A stretch of DNA of 61,733 nt, the filler included, from Choristocarpus tenellus KU-1152 (taxonomy: Eukaryota > Protista > Phaeophyceae), in the NCBI GenBank assembly GCA_964200185.2. It is 9 parts of 9 records of this genome, joined end to end, with 100 filler letters (N's around TTAATTAATTAA, not from the genome) between each part and the next. Parts side by side here need not be neighbours in the genome. Positions count along the whole stretch, not along the records: positions 49,602 to 58,951 come from CAXNAD020003756.1; positions 59,052 to 61,733 come from CAXNAD020025694.1; 7 more parts are not named here. One strand, 5' to 3'. A model generated the notes under the pieces. The model searched no databases, was not told where the DNA came from, and saw only the letters and a program-made list of their open reading frames with translations. Below, piece after piece: positions 50,121-61,733 of the stretch (the stretch's first letter is position 1; every line of letters begins with the position of its first letter). Both the position numbers and the translations under genes were made by a program.

Positions 50121-51154
50121 GAACACAGCACTTATCAGTTGTTCCGTTGCAGCTTCATACTTGGACTTCAGGGTAGACCATGCTAACAGACTATCGTTGA
50201 TTTTAGGTTTGTCCCGCTGCTGCTGGAGTCCGTGAAGAAGGTCTTTCGTAGGTCCACGGCAGGTAGCAGCAACGAGACTGAATAACAGTTGGTCATTAGC
50301 TTCTTCGTATGGGGTGATGGGTGAAGTGGTAATGGTGGAAGAGCGGGAAGCGCGCTGGATCAAACCTCAATGGGCCCGAGGAGCCACACAGCTCCAGATG
50401 CTCACAAAGCAGAGTTTGAACGCGTTCCAGGGCGAGTCACCGCCAGTGGAAGTAGTTAGTGTGTTTGCATGTGTTCCATCACGGCACAGTGGGGATATAT
50501 AGTGTGGTGAAGTTGGTGGAAGTACAAGACAAGGTCGATCAAGTGTTTAGGCTCATAACCTGTAAAGACCTGAATCGAAATGCATCGTACTTCTGAGCAA
50601 AATGCTTAGTCTGCATTGCGAAGAGAAGTCATAATGCTGCGAAGCACTGATGAGTAAAATGCGTAGTCGGTGTTGCGAAGGGACGTCATAGCACCAATGT
50701 ATTTGTTCTGTTGTAACTGAGGTCACTGATTGCTCAGTCAAGAATGATGTCATGTGAATTCAGTGTTCTTTATTGAGAGATACTCAACGAAAGAAGTCTC
50801 CATGCTCTGTGGAGAGGCTTGTTACCTTGGCGGACAAGGGTTTCCGTGGATGATTTAACTCTGAATATATAGCATTCAGGCGTGTATCAGGTAAACTTAT
50901 TGCAGAGTGAGCTTGGTGTATTATGAGGGCAATAATAACCAAGAAAGGAATAATAAACAATTAATGTACAACTGTGATCTTCTGCTGCTAAGAAAGAGAA
51001 AGAGAAAGAAACAAAAAAAGAAAACAATAGAACAACAGAACAAGCTTGAATCAATACGTGATGCAACTCAAGTGACGCACGCATACTACTATCCCTGTGT
51101 ATGGGATGCAGAGCGACTGTTCTGTACTGTGGTGTTCTGACAGTGTTTGATGTG

Positions 51155-51413
51155 GAGTCAAAGTATCTTAGAGGGTAGAGCTGCGTCCATTTGGGGGCGA
51201 AAATCCAAAGTTTCAATTTTTATGTAATTTTGGCTATCGTGTTTGTTACGAGATGTCAATATCCTTGTTCCGTACACACCTTTTCATAACGTATACATTT
51301 TACCTACTCTGAAACATTTTGGAGTAGGTAAAATGTCATTAAAAACCGGTGGGAAGCCAAGCCCTAAATGGGCAAACAGGGAAAAACTCGTACCCTCTAA
51401 GGTACCTTCACTC
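51155..51413 (+). mobile_element. MITE family A, full copy (259 bp)
   Basis: GAGTCAAAGTATCTTAGAGGGTA...TACCCTCTAAGGTACCTTCACTC; 3-bp TSD GTG. Confidence 0.9.
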
Positions 51414-51590
51414 GTGGTGATGATGATGAACTAGTGAGAGTAACAACCAGTGTGTAACGGACCAATCAACAGTCAGTATTAACTGGTGGTACTGTACTGT
51501 ATCAAGAAAAACAAATGAGTAGCCTATGTTTTAACATCACATACACAGTCATTTGTACAGGAGACCAAACATCAAAACCGAAGCTGGGGC

Positions 51591-54160
51591 CTACCCATTT
51601 TCTTGGAAGGTCTCCATCTCGAGGACATACGAGAGGGAGAGCATGCCTGACGTGAGCCTCTTGGTCGCCTCCTTGGAGAAAACATGAGCAACTACCTCTA
51701 CAATATCTTTCCACTCGTGATCTTGAGGAGTGTCTCCTCCAAGGAGAGAAATGCATTTACCAACCAAGACATCTGTACACACCCTGGAAACGTCTTGCAT
51801 CCTGATCTCCTTGAGGAGCTACACGCGAGGATAGATGAACATACACTATTCAGAACCGGGAGAGTGCATAGTTTTACAATCGGATAAAATGATTGTTAAC
51901 AACAATGGTCGTTGTCCAGTGTAACAACACAGACGCATCTGGATAGGTGTCTAATGATACAGGGACGTGCAGCCCACCTGCGTCTTGTAGTTGTAGGTGA
52001 ATCTGCCACTGTTCTTGAGGGAGTCGATTGCCATGTCCTGATTGGCTTTATGAAGCACCGTGAATAAGTGTACTGCCCTAAAGTCGAACTTTTCCTATGT
52101 GAAGGATGGAAAGAGAGGGTGACGAGAGAGGTGTGTCAGAATGTGTGAATGAAAGTATAGATGTTGGTACCTTTGATATCACGCTATCTATGGTGTGGTA
52201 CCAAGGTACAAACTCAACATCTCAAAACAAGATGACTGAATATGCCGTCTGTGTGGTGTTGTTGGACTGCCTTAGTTGGAAACCTTTAATGATCAAGTCT
52301 AGACCAAGGTGGTAATATGCTTACAGTAGAGCTGTTGCTTTTCTTATGGTCTTTCCATTCGCGGAGTAGAACATTCTCGAACTTGTCTATTTCTGGTTGT
52401 GGAGAGTGGGGTCGCAGAAAGAAGGAAAGTGTGTTAGTCATCGATGCTACGGCTGTTTGTATGTATATTGACAACAAAAAACACAAATGATATGTAACAA
52501 TCCAAAGAAACACCTCTGTTAGAAACAGTCCGTCATATTTTACCTTCGTACGCACATATCTGGACCAGTGTGGCGATGGAGTGATAGAACTGGTATGCAG
52601 TATTCTCTGTTTGACTATGCCGCTCTCCAAATTTGTGTCCTCCCAGGCCTCCTTCAGGAATGCCACGACCTTGGCAGCTACCCTTCTCCTGACAGCTATC
52701 CTTTTGAAGATATCGAGTACATTCGGGACGTGTGATTTGCCGGCCACAATACCTTCTCCGATGGGAATGGACTCTGCCTTCTCTCTGGTACATTGTGGAG
52801 ATATTTCCCACGTGAACTTCCTCTCGTGGTGTTTCTGCAGGATCACCGTAACATCCAACGCCTGTTGCAGTTTCATGTAGTTGGGGATCTGGTGTTTCAG
52901 TGGATAGTCCTCTCCTTGGCAATGCTCATTACAATCCTGAGGAGCGGCGTTACCCATTAAGGCAATAGAGAAAGTTTTTCACGTTGGCCAGATCCCTTAT
53001 CGATCCTGACGAAGTCGTTGCTTATACAGTGCGCAAAAAGCTCGCTTTTCGGGTAGGTTGGAAGGAACCCAGTGTTCCTTCTGGAACGCCTTCAACTCCT
53101 TTACCATCTTCCAATGGGAGCACAAGGAGAAAGGCTGGCCATTCCAAGAATTGCTGCGAGCTTATCCGCTGCATCTTGTGGATCCCTGCTCAGCCTTTTC
53201 AGCATGGAGGCAACTCTATTACGGTCCAGCACATATCTAAGTATAGTCATAACAAATGATAAAGGGAATAATGTATACACTGTGTCATTTTCATCATCTG
53301 TGGCAATGTCTAACAAGGATATTTCTATGCCAAAGTGTTCAAGCGTCAGCAGTAGTATGAAGAGGGAAAATGCAATAGACCATCAAGTCCTAGTCCGTCT
53401 ATCCCAATTATAAACCGCTTATAGAAGGAAGTGAAAGTGTTTGGAAGTGAGAGCTCTATATTCAGCACACCTAGTAGAACTCGCGTGATGCGAGAGGATA
53501 TGTGGATCTGATGCGGTCCTCCACTTCCGCATGCCTGTTCAGGATCATGTTGATGGTGGAGTCCAGCACATGGTTGAGGACATGTGGTGGGTAGTCTCCT
53601 ACTCTGTGTGTGGACGAGGGAGGAGGTTATACGAATGTTTTTTATTATACTAAATGTAAAACGATTGTAATGTCAGGGGCAGGTTCTTTTTTTGGGATCT
53701 CCATAAGATCCGGATTTGACCAAACAGCCAAAATGTACTGTCAGAACGAAGATCTATTCCGATTCTGACTGATCCATTTCTCTGCTGTGACATTGCTCAG
53801 TCATTCTGAGACATCTGTTGTGTTTGAGGTTTTTATTCTGTTCTGGATTCCTTCTACTGACTTTGGGATGTTGGGTCAAGACCTTTGAAACTCGGTCTCA
53901 CCCTCTGAGGTGGAATAGTTCACTCCGGCGATTGTGATTGCCCCCTTGAGCAGAGAACTTGGCACCTTTGACACTTCCACAGTAATAATTGCATGAAATT
54001 AAAAATATCAGTTTCGTAGCGCCCTGGAGCACTTCATCAACAAGGACTCCAGAAATTCAGTCTTTCCTTGTGCCTTTTGCCTCCCCTTTGCCAACTTTGG
54101 TACCAAAGGTGCTGAAGGTTAGCATGGTTTAGGTCGGTGTATTCTCTTTTGTTCTCCTCA
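51591..54160 (-). pseudogene. Multi-exon pseudogene of unknown family
   Basis: Exon-like GT-AG segments at ~53470-53605, ~52545-53235, ~52326-52398, ~51978-52094 and ~51595-51800 have protein-like translations but carry in-frame stops and a frameshift near 53110. Confidence 0.5.
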
Positions 54161-54183
54161 CGACCTAGTTGTAAGGATTGGAT

Positions 54184-56995
54184 ATGATTCCCACAGTCCT
54201 CCGTCGAGGTTCCTGTCGTGCCACTCCTCCAAAAAGGGCCAGACATTTGCACAATCCTTATAGCTCAAGATCGCTAGATGCCGAGCAGAGGAGGTCGGTT
54301 GTGTCATCCCCCATCCAAAGACTGCTGTACTCGAGCAGCAAAGCCTTCAAAATGGCCCATCAACACTCACGGTGGGTCGGCAGGGTTACAACACGCGGTA
54401 CATGTGTTGATACCACAGTACTAGGGAGGACGGTTTCCGTGGCACACCCCGCCTACGATTTACTGGATAATGACTTATTGGACAAGTATGGAGCCGCAAC
54501 TTCGTTGTACAGACATAGGAAGTCTGGTGCCGAGGTCCTTAGCGTGCAGGTCGACGACGACAATAAGGTGACAGACACGCTATGCTCGTTATTGTTGACA
54601 CTACTGTACTCAAATTGAATACACCGGTAGCCATGCTGAAGGCCAGGCGGGTTGTAGTGTGTGGAAAATTACCCAACCTGTGCTGTACAACTTGTTTGGG
54701 TAAGCATTGACCCTACAACTACATTTTGCAGCCCTTGACGAGTGTGGTCGTCCCCATGGACATGGATCTGTGACGGTACCGACGAGTTGCAAGTCCTTAA
54801 ACTTACTGACGCTTATGCCACTGTCTCTCACTTCACATGGCCTGGCCGTTTGTCCCAACCACATGTATTTCACTCCTTTAACCTCACTGGGTACTTGAGA
54901 CCGTTGCAAACTCGTCCCCTGGCCCTCACTCGTCCTCCAACCCCAGGTGTTTGGCGTCACCTTTCGGACACCGCCAGGAGACAGCACTGGTGTGCCACAC
55001 ATCCTTGAGCATTCCGTGCTCTGTGGTAGCCGAAAGTACCCTCTAAAGGAACCGTTTGCCGAGCTCCTCAAAGGGTCGTTACAGACCTTCCTCAATGCAT
55101 TCACCCATCCAGATCGGACTTGTTACCCTATCGCATCGCAAAACCTCAAGGCAAGTACAGCTTGCTCTCAAATCTGTACGAGGGTGGTAGGAGGTACGAG
55201 GTAAGTGAGGGAAGGAATCTATTCTTTTGTAGGTCAACCGCTTTTAGCACGTTTTCGGACAGACCGATGTGATGCAGTACAACCCATGTATGTACATTGA
55301 GGGTGCCTACGTCTTATTACATCCCCTACCTGTTGCTTGGGCACTTGCATCTGCATGGTGGTCAGCGGCCTACTAGATCTGTGTGGGTTTGTATAACCCC
55401 TCATGGATGCTTCAATCTATCTATTATCTACTACTGAGTTCCATGCAAGTATTACTGAGTGCTTACAATGTCATGGCACTCCCTCAATACAGTTTCTATA
55501 CTGAACTTCTCTAGTGCAACCTTCATAGCTACTTCCTCTCTGAAACTTCACCCTACTTGCTATCAAGACAATATTTAACATGTGATAGAGCAACCGTGAA
55601 CTCCTGCTGTGTATGTGTGACAGGACTTCTACAACCTTGTCAATGTGTACCTAGATGCTGTCTTTTTTCCTAGAGCTGTGCAAGACCCTCAGGTGAGTGA
55701 GAACCCCTTCCCTCCCCCCCCTTTACACCCCACTAGTGGTTGTACCAGATGGTGTCAGCACAGGAATCTCCAGTGCAATGTGCAATCCAAGTTGTTGATG
55801 GGAGCTCGTTGTTAGACAGAAGAGCTACAAATATCTTGTTGTGTGGAGCTTGTTTTCGTGCTGCACTTTCTACTGTAGGGAGAGTGAGATCCCATGGTGT
55901 TCATCCCTTTAACCCATTCCTATCCCACAATCTACTCTCTGTCACCTGTCTTGTAGGTTATGAAGCAGGAGGGGTGGCACTATGAGTTGGAAAATACAAG
56001 TGACCCCCTCAAGTACAATGGAGTAGTCTTCAACGAGATGAAGGGGGTGTACTCTTCACCAGACACTCTGCATGACAAGACCTGCCGACAGGTGGGGATG
56101 GGCAAAAATTTGGAGGCAGCAAATGGAGGATGGGGGGAAGGTTGGGAGAACCGAAAGGGATGGCAAGATTACACCCCATGCAGTAGCAGCATGTACATGC
56201 TTTTTCGTGTACAGCACCACCCCCACTCTGTCCTCCTTCTTCAGTAGTTGTAGTCTCCTCATTGGAATGGACCTTTCCCTCTTTGTGTGGATTAGCACGT
56301 CACTATGCATTTTAGACCCTGAGGGCACTGCTGAAGCATGTCTTCTGTCCACTGTGAAGCCGAGGCCCACCGCATTGTCACCTTACTTGCTACCCATCCG
56401 CGTCAGAGGTGGGGAATGATATTTATTGTGCGGCGTGCTCTGCTTGCAATAGAAATGGAAAGCGTCGGGGATGACAAACTCGATGGCAACTTCTGCCTTG
56501 GTGCCAGATTGGACTTGACTCCCAAGTGTTTCGAAGTATGTCATATATGCAAAGAAAATGGTGTGGCATTGTGAGTTCTACCCATGCAGATGTATGCCCA
56601 ACGTTGAAATGAGAAATGAGTGCACTCTTTGTCTCTTCCTTCTCTGCAGCGCCATGACCATGTTAACACTGCCTAGTCCCTCCCCCCTCCCCTACCAAAT
56701 ATTCGTTCTGATATGGATCGTCTCTGGAGATACTGCTGCAGTAAGTAGACCCACATGACATCCCACATGCCTTGAACCTCCTCACCTCCCTCGATCTCCT
56801 TGCCACCATTGTTACACCTCTCTGACATATTCATCTCAGGCTCTTTTTCCTGACAATGCTTACGGCTTTGACTCTGGGGGTGACCCAGAGACTATACCCG
56901 AGTTAACGTTTGAGAACTTCAAGAGCTTTCACGAGAAGTACTACCACCCTGGGAACAGCTTCATATACTTCTACGGCGATGACCCTCCCTTCCAG
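54184..56995 (+). CDS. PreP: Presequence protease (peptidase M16C, PreP/PITRM1/Cym1 family), 5' part
   Basis: Phase-0 exons 54184-54567, 54947-55150, 55624-55692, 55957-56091 and 56840-56995. Motifs: HILEH zinc site, FLNAFT, KQEGWHYE, GVVFNEMKG, DSGGDP, YYHP.N. Arg/Ser-rich N-terminal presequence. Intron 2 has a GC donor. Confidence 0.96.
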
Positions 56996-57540
56996 GTAAA
57001 ATAACCCGTGTGCATTTGTAGCGCGTTTGTTATTGACTGTGGTCTGTCCCTGCCATTTGAACTCTCTTCTGTTGTTGCTCTACACATATGGCGTATCCTC
57101 TACTTGAATTTTTCTTCTGTTGTTATTACATTGCATGGCGTGTTTCACACCCTTGATCAACGCACTGGTCCCTGAGTGTTTTCCACTGAGTATGATAAGG
57201 GTTTTGATCTCATATATATATATATGTTATATTTTCAGAGTATTGCCAATGTCATATTAGCGCAACCGTGCTTCACAGGTTGACCGGGAATTTCTCAAAA
57301 CCATTTTTTTCTAGGCTAGAGGCGTTTTTGCCTGTTGTGATGATGGTGTAACGCGACTGCTGTGCTCTGAATCATTCGGTGTTAGCACTTGGATTGTAAG
57401 GAAATTTCGTACCTTGTATGTAACTTGCGACCTGATTGGACAGGATTGTTTCGTGCGCATCACAGTACCCTATTTTTGACATCATATTTTAGCACCAATA
57501 TCTAGGGGAACAGGATGCAGTGGGGCAGGAGCCAGAAATG

Positions 57541-57780
57541 GTAATAGTAGATGTCATGGTAGTAGATGTCATGGTAGTAGTAGATGTCATGGTAGTAGTA
57601 GATGTCATGGTAGTAGATGTCATGGTAGTAGTAGATGTCATGGTAGTAGTAGATGTCATGGTAGTAGTAGATGTCATGGTAGTAGTAGATGTCATGGTAG
57701 TAGTAGATGTCATGGTAGTAGTAGATGTCATGGTAGTAGTAGATGTCATGATAATAGTAGATGTCATGATAATAGTAGAT
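57541..57780. repeat. 18/15-bp minisatellite x~14
   Basis: Unit GTAGTA(GTA)GATGTCATG, probably in a PreP intron. Confidence 0.95.
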
Positions 57781-60700
57781 ATCAGTAATGGGTAGTGCTG
57801 CTTGACTCGATCGAGGCTTTTGCATGGATCATTAAGAGTTCAGACCGAGCAGTTGCGGGATCTTTGGCTATTTGGATCTTTGGCTATTTTGATCTTTGAC
57901 TATTTTGATCTTTGGCTATTTGGAGGACTGCATTAGTTCATGTCTTTTGACAGAGCTACATGGTTTTGTGACTCAAGGACGGAGATGGCCATAGGGATTG
58001 TTCATTAGGTTTCGTTCTTGCTCAGTGCTTGTTAAAGGAGATAGGATGGAGTATATATATCGTATGTAACTGTAAGGCAGCAGTGTACTAGGGACACCTC
58101 CCCCTTGAGGGAATCCCACCCTCGCCCCTCCCCCTCCCTCTTACGGAACCACCACTTTTAATTCCCTCAGCTCATTTTAGAAAACCACATGAGGGCTGTT
58201 TAAGGACAATCAATTATGTGAGATTTGTATGGTTCGCATTGGTAGAGGGGAGTGAAGGACCTGTATCTCCCTGCCTTGCTCTGAGAGGTGTATGATTTAG
58301 TCATCCCATGAGGAGCATAGAGCACACGTATCGCAAGTGGGATGAGAGGCACAGCCACAGCCACGCTTTTAAGATGCAGTGGTAGCAGGGTGAAATTGCT
58401 TTGGATGAGGACTCTCTTTTCATTTTTTTTCCCCATTGTATATTTTTTTTTCGGTCTTTACAGTTTCTACCCCTGTCGCACAATCTGTTTATTTTTCATT
58501 TTTATTATTTATTTATTATTATTATTATTATTACTATTATTATATTTTCCCACTCTTACGTATGTACTCAGTTAAGGCATAATACTCTGGTCAACTGCTC
58601 TGTTGCGGTCCCCTGTGACTGCCCATGAATAGCTTTTGTAGTACATATAAGGCTTTATCGTGTGTGGCTAGGGCGTACGATATCCTGGGGCGCTTGTTGT
58701 GCGATATCTATCTATCTGTATAGATATTTATGGCATAGTGTTTCAAGTCTTGTGTAGAGTTTTTGATGGGGTCTTTTCGGGTGGGGCTCTAACTCTGACT
58801 TGGTCCTGACGTAACGCTGTCAGGTGCGGCGAAAGCTACTAGCTGCTCCCTTAAAACAGTAGAGCAGAACGTATTGTGGAGGGAGGAATGGGTGATGTAG
58901 ATATTCGCACACCTCGAGTGGAGTTTTTTTTTGGGAGGGGGGGGGGGAGGGNNNNNNNNNNNNNNNNNNNNNNNNNNNNNNNNNNNNNNNNNNNNTTAAT
59001 TAATTAANNNNNNNNNNNNNNNNNNNNNNNNNNNNNNNNNNNNNNNNNNNNAAGGTGCGGCAGAGCTTCCGCCCTGTAAGATTGGGGTACACGTGTCAGG
59101 CACCCTTTCCCCCCTTGGATGCTCAGTATTGCTGTGGCTTGTGCCACAGAACTCAGGTTGTACAGGGACAGGCAGATCAACAATCATCATACCCACCACC
59201 ACAGCGAGCACCAAAATGGGGCTGTTTTAAGCAATAGGACACAAAAAAGTATGGGTAGAAGAAATGGCTATACAAATCGGATCAACAGCACCCTATCTGA
59301 TCTGCTGTGAAGTTAGGCTTCATCATACGCTAGTAGGAAGGCGTATGACTCGGCTGCGGGAAGCCCCAGAGCCGTCCGTCCCCTTGCCCTGTACCTCCTT
59401 ATCTCCCTCCCTGCTACGTCAACTATCGTCTTTGAGATCGCATTGTCTCTTGGATGCCCACATCCCCACAACTGTTTGAATATTTTGGATCTTTTTAGAG
59501 TTTTAGATCTCGGGATAAGAGGAAGCCCTTGACAGGAACACAACCATACCTATTTGTAGTCAAAAACTGCTGGATCCCCCCCTCGCCAGAAGAGGATGTA
59601 GGGATCCTACAGCATGAATTTTAGAAAGTGCATTGAGCATCACTGTCTGTTAAAAAAATCATCTCAAGAATGGGTTATGCAGGTCCTCCAAGCAGTTGTC
59701 ACAAGAATGGTTTGGACTATGGATGGTATCTTCTGGGTTCACACAAAAAAACAGGCTTAAGGTGCAGCACCTCTCATCTGCAACCCCTCTGGGAGAATTA
59801 AAATGTATCTCGATGGAAGTGGCCTGATAATACACCAGGGGGATATTCAATATTGTGCCACCAGTTACCCCCGTAAGACCTGCTCTTCTACTTAGTCACA
59901 TCGATACATCAACACCACCCTATGCTTTAGGAGGCCACGGATGCAGGGAGGGAAGAACGTATCGAGACATGCTACGCGCATTCATTGGCCCTCTCAAAGG
60001 TTCTGAAAGCCTCGAGATGGAAGGAGCAAGTGGAGGGACACGGATATTTATTGAAGCTCATTTTATATGGCGAAGACAAGCTGGGGTGCATCAAACAGCC
60101 AGAAGAGGTAGCAGAATAATAATAATATTACAACAAAAAAAACCCCTCATTTTATCTACATTACCAAGAAGGAAGTAAGAACAAAACAAGATTACAGATG
60201 ACCAGGATGAGGGTTAAAAGAAATGTTATTTACCTGCACAAAAAGGTCTCCTTCAAAGAGCACCACAATTACATTTACATCGTGCCCGGGCAGTTGTTGA
60301 TCACTTTTCTGACACAAGGTCAGATGAACAGCAATCATGACAGTTCTTTCTTCGGCATCGTTCCTGATTCAAACATCTTCCCCCTTTTTCGGTGCAGTTC
60401 CTGTCCATCTGTTGGGAGTGCTCAAGGTCTCGGCTAATTTCTCTTCCATTGTTTCACGTTTTTTCTGTTGCCATGGTAGGAGCAAAGAAGACATAATGGT
60501 CCATTCAGCATGTGAGAAGAGAGTGGAAGATTGGTAAGGGGGGGAGGTGGAGTATGAGAATTCTTAGGATTGTAAATCAAAACGTGAATACATGTCCACC
60601 CAGCATACATTGCAGATAAAACGATGGACAAGGGGTCTCTACTAGCAACTGCACCTGTTTCGGTGCTCGAGAAACTCCACAACAGGACACATAGTACATC

Positions 60701-60879
60701 TTATCGGTGAGTATATGTCAACCTCTTCACCTTGTCATCAGGACAGGGGTATGGTCGAAAATGGAAAACATGAAAGAGCCTGGGAGCACAAGCGACAACG
60801 ATCTCTCCAGTTCCGTATATATAGGAACTATCTTTCGGACCCCCTAAGTAATGCCAGAAGCGTCGATATAGTTCCATAC

Positions 60880-61424
60880 CTGAGGTCGTTTGGACTGCAT
60901 GGCAACCCCAGAGAACAAGGCCACCAAGGTGAGCCCTTGCGCGATCACACGACCACGCATCATTGTTTGGGACAGTTTCTTGTGCCCCTTACTGAAGGTG
61001 TAAAGTCCTGGCCTCGAGTACATGGCCATATGGTTGTCGGACAAAGATAATGGTATAAAAGAGGAAGATATTAAAGGTTTAGCATGCGCTAAAGGGCTAA
61101 CTGCAAGGAGAGTCAGGAGAGATTGTAATGTCTCCGAAATAACCCTCCTTCAATGCCCTAGCTAGTCAATCCCATCTTTCCTAGACGAGCCAAAGTAGGC
61201 GCAGATTAGAAATCATTGCAAAGTTTCAGTATACCGTCGAGACGTTTCTTACAAGTCATAGAGGTTGCGAAATAGTTGGATCGAGGGCAATCCGTGACTT
61301 GTGCTCTTAACACACCCGTAATCAGGAACCCCAAGGTAACTGTAGCACCAACTGGTACCAATGGATCCTCTTTGGCCTTGACGACGAATTTATCCCATGC
61401 AGTAACTTTCCGGTGCTCTTCCAT
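60880..61424 (-). CDS. HIG1-domain protein (Rcf1/HIGD-like respiratory supercomplex factor)
   Basis: Exons 61424-61316 (KEDPLVPVG) and 61007-60880 (SQTMMRGRVIAQG), joined in phase 1. A short last exon probably lies near 60370-60430. Confidence 0.9.
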
Positions 61425-61733
61425 CGCTTCAAACACCTCTTTATCAGTGTCGACCTCGTTTAGTTGTAGAAAACCAACACCTCAGTCCCATGTTGTTTAC
61501 ATTTAAAGATCGATATATGGATATACATACAATAACCGATACAGACAGACACGATACATCATACCATACTACTACATTCTATATTTATTATTATGCCCTA
61601 TGTGAGAGCCACATTCTACAGAAGGTATACCCTGAAGGTTACCTATCTTGAATATCATATAGAAGGTATACCCTGAAGGTGACCTATCTTGAAAATTAGG
61701 ATATTCATGTTACTTTTGTTGTTTTTGCATGTT

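Larger units (their letters stand above)
49710..51471 (-). mobile_element. Ty1/Copia LTR-retrotransposon remnant (5' LTR, PBS and decayed gag)
   Basis: On the minus strand the LTR end TTTACA (50561) is directly followed by PBS GGTTATGAGCC (50560-50550). The gag-like translation QLLFSLVAATCRG...AWSTLKSKYE...M..GEDPNQWLMRL is split by a MITE. TATA- and AATAAA-like motifs lie in the LTR. The LTR start (TGTTGATTGG at 51471) is tentative. Confidence 0.75.

Noticed and set aside
57489-57825. Repetitive ORFs (HDIYYY)n, (TTTMTS)n and (VVVDVM)n
   Set aside because: Translations of an 18-bp minisatellite that is open in several frames.

Overview
Eukaryotic genomic DNA made of nine unrelated contigs joined by artificial 100-nt linkers (N44-TTAATTAATTAA-N44). 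Intron-rich genes, a bipartite plastid presequence with an ASAFAP-type 'AEAF' motif and TTAGGG repeats point to a photosynthetic stramenopile (ochrophyte, e.g. a brown alga or relative); this assignment is an inference. Recognisable, mostly contig-truncated genes are a divergent non-RD protein kinase, a class 3 (DAG-lipase-like) lipase, a very acidic repeat protein built by exon duplication, a plastid CP12-like protein, a CaMK-family kinase, a presequence protease (M16C) with a GC-AG intron and a HIG1/Rcf1-domain protein. The most notable signal is a coherent DNA-transposon system. Two MITE families (about 13 full or partial copies) share a G-N4-AAAGTATCT terminal motif and a GTCCATTTGGGG subterminal motif, with mixed 3- and 4-bp TSDs. 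A decayed, intron-containing, probably Sola2-like transposase has a GAGTCA terminus and three subterminal hairpins carrying the same AAAGTAT core. Also present are a Copia LTR-retrotransposon remnant with a half-tRNA(iMet) PBS into which the MITEs are nested, many short interstitial telomeric repeats, and a degenerate ~190-bp tandem array. All splice models were read by eye.
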